A stretch of 63,369 nucleotides of DNA, filler included, from an uncultured Methanosarcinales archaeon (GTDB lineage Archaea; Nanobdellota; Nanobdellia; Woesearchaeales; CAZKBD01): assembly GCA_964550945.1 (NCBI GenBank). It is 4 parts of 3 records of this genome, joined end to end, with 100 filler letters (N's around TTAATTAATTAA, not from the genome) between each part and the next. Parts side by side here need not be neighbours in the genome. Positions count along the whole stretch, not along the records: positions 33,692 to 63,369 come from CAZKBD010000010.1; 3 more parts are not named here. One strand, written 5' to 3'. Position 1 is the stretch's first letter. Each line of letters starts with the position of its first letter. The notes below the pieces were generated by a model that was not told the origin of the DNA, did no database searches, and saw nothing but the letters and a program-made list of their open reading frames with translations. Position numbers and translations under genes: made by a program. Positions 33,692-42,159 of the stretch are shown one piece after another.

Positions 33692-34435
33692 CTCCTTCTT
33701 AGCACAATAGCAGTTCATGAGCTTGGGCATGTATTAATGGCGCAGTACTATGGATGTGAGCGAAGCAAAGCAGTTGTCTATGATATCCTAGGCCCGCCTC
33801 ATACTGAAACTGCTTGTGATGGATATTATAATGATACCCTTATCACACTAGGAGGGCTTGCCTTGACACTGTCTCTAGGTTTTATCTTTTTCCTGACAGG
33901 GGGCCAATTTACAACCTTAATGTCATATCTGATATTCGGATTCTCTTTTTTAATAACCTATGGCGATTTGAATGACCTTGGCGTATCCATGAATATTATA
34001 GCTGTAACAGTGCTAGCATCAATAGTCTTTATAATAACCGGGATCATAAGATTGTCTAGTTACTATGTAAAGCAACAAAAAGAATTTTATGGCAGGCAGG
34101 AAGAAGCAGGAGAGATTAACCCTGAGAATTATTTTTGGCTTAGTGAGAATCAGGCAATAAAAGATCTTTATGAACTTGTTGAAGCGCTGCACAAAATGGA
34201 TAATCCAACTTTTAAGCAATATGTTAATGAAGAGAAGAATGACTTCAGCAAATGGATAAAAGACATATTCAAGGATGATGATCTTGCAGACAAGCTGTTA
34301 AAGACAACAGATAAAAAAGAGACTGTTGCTTTAATTTTGATGAAGCTATTAAAAGAACAAACCGTGTCTAGCGGAACAATCTTTAAATTAATCTGCTATC
34401 CATTATTAAAAGACAAAATAAAGGTGAAAGAATGA
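33692..34435 (+). CDS. membrane HExxH (M50-like) protein fused to a DUF5752-like domain, 5' end lost
   Basis: Frame open from the gap: LLLSTIAVHELGHVLMAQYYGC; TM helices; YFWL...IKDLYEL...YVNEEKNDFSKWI. Confidence 0.72.
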   Translation, partial: LLLSTIAVHELGHVLMAQYYGCERSKAVVYDILGPPHTETACDGYYNDTLITLGGLALTLSLGFIFFLTGGQFTTLMSYLIFGFSFLITYGDLNDLGVSMNIIAVTVLASIVFIITGIIRLSSYYVKQQKEFYGRQEEAGEINPENYFWLSENQAIKDLYELVEALHKMDNPTFKQYVNEEKNDFSKWIKDIFKDDDLADKLLKTTDKKETVALILMKLLKEQTVSSGTIFKLICYPLLKDKIKVKE

Positions 34436-34731
34436 ACAGCAACACTAAAAATAGCATTAGAATTGGATTTATTCTAATTTTGATTGTTGTGATATCTGGG
34501 ATAATTCTTATTGGCCCCATAAAAAAAGAACAGTCCTTTGAGATAAAAGATAGATGCGGGCCGGTTATGAATTTTATATCCCACACAATTCAAGACGAGT
34601 CTGCTTGTAAATTGCAGTGCAGGTCGCAATGTGAAACAAAAGGCTGGACGTACAGCAATATTATATTTGAGGAGAAGCCTATCGGATGCAATTCATGCGT
34701 GTGTTATTGCAAGGAAGGCTTGTTTGGGTAA
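34432..34731 (+). CDS. small membrane-anchored Cys-rich protein
   Basis: N-terminal TM helix; seven Cys (CxxxCxxxC, CxxCxC); overlaps upstream stop. Confidence 0.7.
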   Translation: MNSNTKNSIRIGFILILIVVISGIILIGPIKKEQSFEIKDRCGPVMNFISHTIQDESACKLQCRSQCETKGWTYSNIIFEEKPIGCNSCVCYCKEGLFG

Positions 34732-35054
34732 TGATCATGGATGAGGATGAGCTAGAAGAGTGGTATGAAGAACAAAAACAAAAATTATTGGAGGGATATT
34801 CACGAGAAGCGGATAAAGGGAATAAGGACAATAAAAAGGAATTAGAAGAAAAATACAAACAAGGCACGCAAAAGATTAGAAAAAAGTATTATGATATTTA
34901 TGATAAGAGCGTTAAACATAAAAAAAAAGCAGAAAAATATAAAAAGAGCATCCAACAATACAAAGATATTTTCAGTAAAATCAAGGATAAGATACTCCAC
35001 ATAATGGATGTTATTAAACGGTCAAGCTTGATTAAAAAAATCAGAATAAAATGA
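34731..35054 (+). CDS. hypothetical charged helical protein
   Basis: TAATG overlap; MIMDEDELEEWYEEQKQKL. Confidence 0.65.
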   Translation: MIMDEDELEEWYEEQKQKLLEGYSREADKGNKDNKKELEEKYKQGTQKIRKKYYDIYDKSVKHKKKAEKYKKSIQQYKDIFSKIKDKILHIMDVIKRSSLIKKIRIK

Positions 35055-35407
35055 CTAAAACGATTTTTACAAAATATCTTGGGACTCTTGCTGCAATCCT
35101 ATTGGTTATTGTTCTGGTGATTTTTACGGCATGTTCAAGGTCTAGCATCACCCAGGACCGCGCTGAGTGGGTTGCACAAGATTTTGTTAAAAAAAATGTC
35201 AAGTTCTTCGCTGCAGGTGAGCAGGAAAATAAAGATCTGCCTGAGTATACCATAGCGTCTATTACCAGCTACACTGAAGGAAGGATATGGGTAGTGGTTC
35301 TCCATGTAGAATCCAACCTGACCAATGAAACAAAAAAAGGAGATTTAGTCGTTAAAATCAACTCCCAAGGAAAGGTTGCAGAGTTTAATGGCAGGGAAAT
35401 CACATAG
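35051..35407 (+). CDS. putative lipoprotein (PepSY-like small domain)
   Basis: Signal peptide ending FTAC; C-terminal VKINSQGKV. Confidence 0.6.
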   Translation: MTKTIFTKYLGTLAAILLVIVLVIFTACSRSSITQDRAEWVAQDFVKKNVKFFAAGEQENKDLPEYTIASITSYTEGRIWVVVLHVESNLTNETKKGDLVVKINSQGKVAEFNGREIT

Positions 35408-36362
35408 ATTCATCAATAACAATCCTTGCAATGTTACAAATGAAATCCTCTATCTCTTTGAGATTCTCATAGATAATCATTGTATCAAAATCCGGATTTT
35501 TTTCAGAAACAGGAATGCACCTTTTAATAATGTCTTCTCTTCTTGAGGCAGTATTGTCTGCCAATTTTTTGTCTAGAGTGTAATAAGCTTTCATCACATC
35601 CAGATACGAGCTTCTAATATCCTGATATAATCTTTCTAGACTACCAAATTCAAATTTTTTGCTTTTTGAATTTAAGCTCTTTAAAGACAAACATATATTT
35701 TTATACGCATCGGCTGTATTCTCCAGGTTTATAATAAGATACCACAAAGAAAGGATTTTTGTGTTATCTATCTCAAAATGAGAAGCAAAAATAGGATCGT
35801 TTAAAGCGCCTTTTATCAGGCGGTATAAAAGAAAATACAGCCTATTGACATCAACATCCCTTAATTCTATATCTTCATACAGGTTCTTGTTTTTTATGTT
35901 ATCCACTAAATCCTGCGTCATTGACCTTATAATCATATCCATCCTTTTTATTATGCTGTTGATTGAGATCTCTTTTAAATCTAAAAAATCTTTTGCAATG
36001 ATTCTTGTTGATGTCTGCTCAATTATCTCAAGCCCGCTGAACTCATGCAAAATACGCCTTATGCCTTTTGTTTGATCAATTAGCTTACTGCCAATTATCA
36101 CGATTGAGCTGTAGTTGTTTATATAAGCTGATGTGAGTTCCCTTTCAATAGCATCAAGCTTTTTATCATCTATACTGATAGTTATCTCTTTCAGTTTTGG
36201 CTTTTCTTCTATCCTTTCCGGGGTGATTGAAAGCTTATTAGCAGAATCCTCTTTAATATACAGCAGATTTCCCCGCGTTAACTTATTCCTGCTAAGCCAC
36301 TCCTTTGGGAGCGAAATCGTATAGGACGATGCTCCTGATTTAACAAGCCTTCTTGCGTGCAT
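35400..36362 (-). CDS. AbrB-PhoU phosphate uptake regulator
   Basis: RRLVKSGASSYTISLPKEW AbrB domain; DVDVNRLYFL and NLENTAD PhoU repeats; start reassigned to ATG 36362. Confidence 0.88.
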   Translation of the reverse strand: MHARRLVKSGASSYTISLPKEWLSRNKLTRGNLLYIKEDSANKLSITPERIEEKPKLKEITISIDDKKLDAIERELTSAYINNYSSIVIIGSKLIDQTKGIRRILHEFSGLEIIEQTSTRIIAKDFLDLKEISINSIIKRMDMIIRSMTQDLVDNIKNKNLYEDIELRDVDVNRLYFLLYRLIKGALNDPIFASHFEIDNTKILSLWYLIINLENTADAYKNICLSLKSLNSKSKKFEFGSLERLYQDIRSSYLDVMKAYYTLDKKLADNTASRREDIIKRCIPVSEKNPDFDTMIIYENLKEIEDFICNIARIVIDESM

Positions 36363-36442
36363 TTTTAAGTATATACAAACTATTCTATCTATTTTATAAG
36401 TACATAAAGTATATATAAACCTTTCGCTCATTCTTAGCTAAA

Positions 36443-37201
36443 ATGATACTCGCAAAAAAAACCATCAAGAGAACTTTACTGCTTACATTATTTGTAGCTC
36501 TCATAATCATCTATGCCTCGTTTTTGATTGCCGAGCCGCTTGGTACATCATCTATTACTGTTGGGAGTGCTGGAACAAGAGGGACCAATGGGGCTGGGCA
36601 AGTCCAAGCTTATGCAGGAAATTTAACTGCTATAGTCATTGATGCTACAACTGTAACCCTCTCTTGGCAAGGATACTATGGTAACATTTCGGGTACGGTG
36701 CTATTAGATGATGCCAGCAATTATACAATGTATGACTGGTCTGTAGCCTCACCGCAGGGAGAAGTATATGCAGCTAACTCTAGTGTAGTCACATGGACTA
36801 ATATCAAATGCGTTAATTTTACTTTCAACGGCTCTGTCGATTTAAATCTGACAGAAATCAATAGCATGTTTAGTATGAACAGCTGGGATGCAGACGGCAT
36901 TAATAAAACATTTAACAAGACTTATACTGATGCTGATGGATTTTATGTTGGAACTGTCCAAATAAATACAGCAGACTCCTGTCCAATGACTTATACTTAT
37001 GTAAATGATACCTTTCAAAGTTCTTCATTTAAAGAGGTATTATTGACTGATAATTCAACAATAGTATTTACTGCGCTATTGGAACAGGATGCACGCGGCT
37101 TCAACAATGCTACTAGCGATTTCCAAATTATTGTTGGGGAGAACGGGCATTCCGGAGATACCTCTGTTACTAATTACTATTTTTTTGCTGAGATAGCATA
37201 A
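36443..37201 (+). CDS. secreted protein consisting mainly of the domain found at the C-termini of the two large surface proteins
   Basis: Signal peptide; WQGYYGNISG..LDD....MYDW; C-terminal YYFFAEIA; many N-x-S/T sequons. Confidence 0.8.
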   Translation: MILAKKTIKRTLLLTLFVALIIIYASFLIAEPLGTSSITVGSAGTRGTNGAGQVQAYAGNLTAIVIDATTVTLSWQGYYGNISGTVLLDDASNYTMYDWSVASPQGEVYAANSSVVTWTNIKCVNFTFNGSVDLNLTEINSMFSMNSWDADGINKTFNKTYTDADGFYVGTVQINTADSCPMTYTYVNDTFQSSSFKEVLLTDNSTIVFTALLEQDARGFNNATSDFQIIVGENGHSGDTSVTNYYFFAEIA

Positions 37202-37215
37202 CTTAGGTGATTAAA

Positions 37216-38325
37216 ATGAAATTAAATGATGCTCCTTTATTGGCTAGATTTAGGAATTTTATATCAGGCATAAAATCAGACGATAAAACCTGCATAGTCT
37301 ACCATGCTGATTCTGACGGCGTTTCTTCTGCAGTCATAATAGCTAAGCTGATCAAAACCCAAACGCAAAATGGCATCAACCACATGTATTATTGGGATAA
37401 TATCTCGCGATTGGGCGGCCTTTTGAATGAGATAAAATTGAATATGCCTGATAAGCTGATCTTTTTAGATATAAGCGCAGACCAGTTAAAAGGCATTAAA
37501 AGATTTGAACAGCATTCCGATATCCTGATAATAGACCACCATAAATTATACAGGGATGTTAATTCAATAAAAACTATATTAATAAAGCCTCAGATGATAG
37601 ATCCAAAAGCAAGGCCTGAGGGGTATTGCTGCTCGAAATTATGCTATGATCTGGGAAATGAACTAGCTGATATGAATGATCTGGATTGGGTAGCTGCTAT
37701 AGGCATTCTTGGGGATTCGTGCTATGATCATTGGAAACTATTTGTGGACCATACACTTCAAAAGTACGGATTGAGCAATAGGCCTGATATATATAAGACT
37801 AAACTGGGCCAATCAGCAGAGCTAATATTTTACAGCATCGCCCATGACATAAAAAATGCCATGCTTTGTTATGATCTTCTGTACAGCTCTAAAAGCCCTA
37901 ACAGCAGACAAATCAGCTCGAAACTTAGCAGATATAAAAAAGAGATTGAAGATGAGATCAGCTACTGGGACAGCAATGTTAAAAAATTAGCAGAGAAATA
38001 CCCTAACCTCGATCTGATCATTGACTTAATCAAGCCTCGTTACTTCATAAACCCTGCAATCATTAAGAATCTGAGCCTTAAGAATCCTCATAAGACTATA
38101 ATCATAGCTCAAGATATGAATCTAGATACTTTGAACATAAGCGCAAGGAGAGCGGATAACAGAATAGCGCTTAATGAGCTATTAGAAAAATCTGTTAAAA
38201 ACCTTGAAGGGGCAAATGCCGGCGGCCATATAAACGCAGCAGGAGCCACAATAAAAAAGCGAGACTTCTTTAAGTTTAAAGAGAATATATTCAGGATATT
38301 ATCTTCAAGGCATCATGTTTTCTGA
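37216..38325 (+). CDS. DHH/DHHA1 family phosphoesterase
   Basis: YHADSDG, FLD, IIDHH, ISARR, GGHINAAGA. Confidence 0.92.
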   Translation: MKLNDAPLLARFRNFISGIKSDDKTCIVYHADSDGVSSAVIIAKLIKTQTQNGINHMYYWDNISRLGGLLNEIKLNMPDKLIFLDISADQLKGIKRFEQHSDILIIDHHKLYRDVNSIKTILIKPQMIDPKARPEGYCCSKLCYDLGNELADMNDLDWVAAIGILGDSCYDHWKLFVDHTLQKYGLSNRPDIYKTKLGQSAELIFYSIAHDIKNAMLCYDLLYSSKSPNSRQISSKLSRYKKEIEDEISYWDSNVKKLAEKYPNLDLIIDLIKPRYFINPAIIKNLSLKNPHKTIIIAQDMNLDTLNISARRADNRIALNELLEKSVKNLEGANAGGHINAAGATIKKRDFFKFKENIFRILSSRHHVF

Positions 38326-38367
38326 AAATTAAATCTCCCTTGTATCACTCTATAAATTTAGCAAATA

Positions 38368-38375
38368 TTTATAAA
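38368..38375 (+). promoter_or_regulatory. TATA-box-like promoter of the GGDEF gene
   Basis: TTTATAAA ending 24 nt before ATG 38399, spacing typical of leaderless archaeal genes. Confidence 0.55.
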
Positions 38376-38398
38376 AAAAGAGAATAAGTTAATGTTAG

Positions 38399-39961
38399 AT
38401 GGACAATACTAAACTAACCGGCCTTTTGGATGCGACTTTATTGGGAGAGATCATAAAAAAGTTTTTTGAGCCGTTAAAATCGCCTGTTTATGTTGTTGAT
38501 AGCAATGGAGAGATTCTTGCTCAATCTAAAGAACTTCCTTTCTTTTGCCAGATAATAAACTCCACTAAATCAGGGCCAGAGCTATGCAAGAAATGCAGAG
38601 CAGAATATTATGAGAAGGCAAAGCAATCAGAAGACAAGGTTGTTTTGTACCATTGCCATGCTGGCCTTTTGAACGCCCTTGTTCCTGTATTCATAAATAA
38701 AAACCAGATGGGAGCAATAATCTGCAGTGCGATATCCAAGGGAGGGATAGACCCTGGCGTTTTAAGAGAGGTGGGCAAAAAAATTAATGTGGATTATGAA
38801 GAATTAGCTGATGCTTTTATTATAATCCCCATCACATCAGAGGAAAACCTAAAAAGGGACATTAGCCTGGCATACTCTTTTTCAAATACAATACCTGAGC
38901 TGCTGTTCCAAAAAAAAATAAGTGATAAAAAGGTTGAAGGATTGTCTACATTACACAAAATAGGGCAAATAACAGGATCAACAACAGACCTATCTGATAT
39001 GATGCACAAAATTCTTGAGTTGATAAACACAACACCTTATTTTAAAAACTGCTCTATACTCATATCAGAGGGGGCTCATGCTGGTTTTTTGAGGTTTTGT
39101 ATTAAACGAGACTTAAACATTGAGAATTTTGAACATAAAGTATTTCAAGAGGTGAAGTACACAAATAACATATTCAGATTGAATAGCATAAATGATTACA
39201 TAAAGGACGGAGATCATGCATCAACTGACTATAAGGTTGTCGCTTTACCGCTTAAGATAAACAAGGAAATAATAGGATGTGCGGTATTCTATCTAGATCC
39301 TATTGAAGAATTAAATGATGAGGAATTAAACTTTACTTTTGTTTTTGCAGACCAAATATCTATGGCTGTGGGTAATTCTCAGCAGTTAGACCAGATAAAA
39401 AGCAAGGCAATAACAGACCAGCTGACAGGCCTTTATAACAGGGAGTTCTTTATGAATGCCCTTAAAAGAGACATGATCAGAAGCATTGAACTGAGGAGCC
39501 CCTTATCAACTGCTATCATAGATTTGGATGATTTTAAGCATTATAATGATACCTATGGCCATCTAAAGGGAGATACATTATTAAGTGAGGTCGCTAAAAT
39601 TATCAAGGCAGGCGCTAGAGAAAAGGATATAGTTGGAAGATATGGCGGTGAGGAGTTTATAGTTATAATGCCGGATACAAACAGCCATATGACCTTTGAC
39701 ATTCTTGAAGATATCAGAAAAAAAATTGAACAAAAAAAGTTCTTCGGAGAGGAATCCCAGCCTATGGGCAAAATAACTATAAGCGCAGGGATAGTTACTT
39801 GCATGGATAAATCGCTCTCTGAGATTGAATTGATAAAAGAAGCAGACCAGGCATTATACAAAGCCAAAAGAGAAGGCAAGAACAAGATAAGGAGCACAGT
39901 GATAGTTGATAGAAATTTAGTACCTATTGATGTACAGCAGGCAGAGCATTTTAACAGGTGA
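38399..39961 (+). CDS. PocR-GAF-GGDEF diguanylate cyclase
   Basis: PocR Cys motifs (FFCQII, ELC, YHCHAGL); GAF (VALPLK...IIG...FADQISMAV.N); TDQLTGLYNR, DLDDFKHYNDTYGHLKGD, RYGGEEF, ADQALYKAKREGKN. Confidence 0.95.
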   Translation: MDNTKLTGLLDATLLGEIIKKFFEPLKSPVYVVDSNGEILAQSKELPFFCQIINSTKSGPELCKKCRAEYYEKAKQSEDKVVLYHCHAGLLNALVPVFINKNQMGAIICSAISKGGIDPGVLREVGKKINVDYEELADAFIIIPITSEENLKRDISLAYSFSNTIPELLFQKKISDKKVEGLSTLHKIGQITGSTTDLSDMMHKILELINTTPYFKNCSILISEGAHAGFLRFCIKRDLNIENFEHKVFQEVKYTNNIFRLNSINDYIKDGDHASTDYKVVALPLKINKEIIGCAVFYLDPIEELNDEELNFTFVFADQISMAVGNSQQLDQIKSKAITDQLTGLYNREFFMNALKRDMIRSIELRSPLSTAIIDLDDFKHYNDTYGHLKGDTLLSEVAKIIKAGAREKDIVGRYGGEEFIVIMPDTNSHMTFDILEDIRKKIEQKKFFGEESQPMGKITISAGIVTCMDKSLSEIELIKEADQALYKAKREGKNKIRSTVIVDRNLVPIDVQQAEHFNR

Positions 39962-39971
39962 ATTTTATTGC

Positions 39972-41762
39972 CTATTGCCTATCTGCCTTTTCTATTGCAA
40001 GATTATGCGCCTCTATATAATTAGCGATCATAAATTTCCAGTCACATGTTGAAGCTAATTTTCTAGCTTCTATTTTATTAGTTATCCTATCATATTTGGA
40101 TAGTTTGCTAAAGTTGTACATAATCTTAGTTGATTCATCAATAACCTCTTTATCGCTTTTTCCCATTCTCTTTAGAACAAATATGCCTGGATTTTCTTTT
40201 GATGTTTCCAGTTGTTCTATAAACCTGCCAAAGCCAGCCAAGTCAGTAGTCACAGAAGAAACCCCAAGACCAGCTGCCTCTAAAGGTGTATAGCCCCAGG
40301 GCTCATAAAATGAAGGAAACAACCCTAGGTGAGAGCCCTGCATTGCTTCATAATAGCCCAAATCTAATAGGCGGTCTGCGCCGCTCAGGTAAATAGGGTA
40401 AAACACAATTTTGACAGGGTCTTCTTCTAAATTGTTTAGGTCAGCATTCTTTATGCTCCTTGATATTTGGTCGTTTTGATCATATAGGGTATGGGTAGTC
40501 AAAGGCGGGATTCCTTTTCTCTTTAACCTTGCGACTTTCTTTTTTAGCTCTAAAATCACATCATCCTCAAAAAGAGCATTTGCGCTGATTTTATTATTTG
40601 AGACAATCGAATATATAATATTGTGCTTGATGTCTATTGTCTGGTCTTCCATCAAATCCTTAATATCTCCAAAGTATGTTTTGTTTTCTAGCAGTTCCTC
40701 TCTTATTCCTTTAATGTTGGCAGGAACCCATATAAATGCAACAATTGTTTTTTTTGATCGCTCTTCTTTCAATTTTCTGTTCAGCTCACCTAGGGCATCT
40801 ATGAATATATCAATGCCTTTATCCTTGAACTCGTACCTTCCTGCAATAAAGTAAAATAGGACATCTTTTATGTCAAATGCATAATAAGGAAAAAAATAAT
40901 AAAGCAAAAATTCTCTTATTTTCACTCTTTGTTTCCTGTGTTCTATAGACGCCTCCTCAAACGTTGGAAATTTTTCCATGTCCAGGCCGTTCGGCAATAA
41001 CACATCTGGTTTTCTTTCAAGAAAATGCTCTGCTTCGATTCCTGTTATCTCGCTAACTGTAGTGAAAACATCTGCATTCTGCGCAGAGGCTTTCTCTATT
41101 AAGTGTTTTGCTTCAATGCTATACTTGTAGACCTCTTCTTTCTTGTTTATTTTGCCCAGCATCGAGTAAAAATTAACTCCGGCATTTGCTAATGTTCTGC
41201 CTAAAACAGTGGCGTGAGTTGTGAATATTTTAGCAATTTTTACATTATTTTTTTTAAGATACAACAAAGAAGATCCGGATAGCCACTCATGAAACTGTAC
41301 GACAGTCTTTTTGCTTTTCGGAAGGAATTCTAAAAGCTTTGCTACGCAATAGCCCCACATTAAAGGCTCATCATAATCATAACCTGCTCTTAAGGAATCT
41401 ATTTTGAAATAGTCCCAAAACTCTTTTTTAATCTGGTTAATCTTTGTTGGATCTCTAGGAAAGTCTATTAATATTGTAAGAGGCTCTCCTTTAACAAGCC
41501 ATCTGCCATAATGGCAAATGATATTTTCTTTTTTTAGTTTATTAAAAGGCTCCTTGTATTCTGATTTGGGCAGGCACTCTTCGAATTCACTTATCTGGTC
41601 AGCAAAATATGGGCCAATCAAACAATAATTTTCTCCATAAACTTCCATTAATCTAGCTGCCTTTGATTTGAGAACAGTGTTTATACCTCCTACCTTGTTG
41701 CATACCTCCCATGATACCTCAAATAAGAATTCTGCTTGGGGTTTCTGAATTTTCGCCTCCAT
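39972..41762 (-). CDS. glycogen synthase, GT3 family
   Basis: FEVSWEVCNKVGGI, FHEWL, FTTHAT.LGR, FTTVSEIT, GRYEF.DKG, FPSFYEPWGYTP.E. Confidence 0.95.
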   Translation of the reverse strand: MEAKIQKPQAEFLFEVSWEVCNKVGGINTVLKSKAARLMEVYGENYCLIGPYFADQISEFEECLPKSEYKEPFNKLKKENIICHYGRWLVKGEPLTILIDFPRDPTKINQIKKEFWDYFKIDSLRAGYDYDEPLMWGYCVAKLLEFLPKSKKTVVQFHEWLSGSSLLYLKKNNVKIAKIFTTHATVLGRTLANAGVNFYSMLGKINKKEEVYKYSIEAKHLIEKASAQNADVFTTVSEITGIEAEHFLERKPDVLLPNGLDMEKFPTFEEASIEHRKQRVKIREFLLYYFFPYYAFDIKDVLFYFIAGRYEFKDKGIDIFIDALGELNRKLKEERSKKTIVAFIWVPANIKGIREELLENKTYFGDIKDLMEDQTIDIKHNIIYSIVSNNKISANALFEDDVILELKKKVARLKRKGIPPLTTHTLYDQNDQISRSIKNADLNNLEEDPVKIVFYPIYLSGADRLLDLGYYEAMQGSHLGLFPSFYEPWGYTPLEAAGLGVSSVTTDLAGFGRFIEQLETSKENPGIFVLKRMGKSDKEVIDESTKIMYNFSKLSKYDRITNKIEARKLASTCDWKFMIANYIEAHNLAIEKADRQ

Positions 41763-41879
41763 ACATTAACCTTCATTTAGTTAGTATTTAAGCTTTTTAT
41801 ATTACTACCTAGTAAGCAAAGCAAATTCTTTGATTATCCACTCTTAAGTATTAAGAAAACTATATAAAGCCCTATTTGT

Positions 41880-41911
41880 ATGGATTAGTATAGGCAGATG
41901 GATTAGCATAG
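41880..41911 (+). promoter_or_regulatory. direct repeat ATGGATTAG(T/C)ATAG x2, candidate operator
   Basis: Copies at 41880-41893 and 41898-41911, just downstream of TATATAAA (41861) and upstream of the RHH gene. Confidence 0.5.
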
Positions 41912-41936
41912 ATATGTATGGTTAACGGGGTGGAAG

Positions 41937-42104
41937 ATGGTGAAAAGAAAGATTTCTATGACTATTGATAGGGATGTCTATGATGGTTTCAAAGATTTTT
42001 GCCAAAAGAATGGCATGAAGGTTTCTACTAAAGTTGAATTGTTAATGAGGGAAGCCACAACTAAAGATCAGACTCTAAAAAAATTCATTGAGCAAATCAA
42101 GTAA
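41937..42104 (+). CDS. ribbon-helix-helix (CopG-like) regulator, not in the ORF track
   Basis: Manual translation MVKRKISMTIDRDVYDGFKDFCQKNGMKVSTKVELLMRE..., 55 aa; alternating beta strand then two helices. Confidence 0.8.
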   Translation: MVKRKISMTIDRDVYDGFKDFCQKNGMKVSTKVELLMREATTKDQTLKKFIEQIK

Positions 42105-42159
42105 GCCACATTTTCCATTTATATTATATTTAATTTTGGGCGCAAAAGGCGCAAATGTG

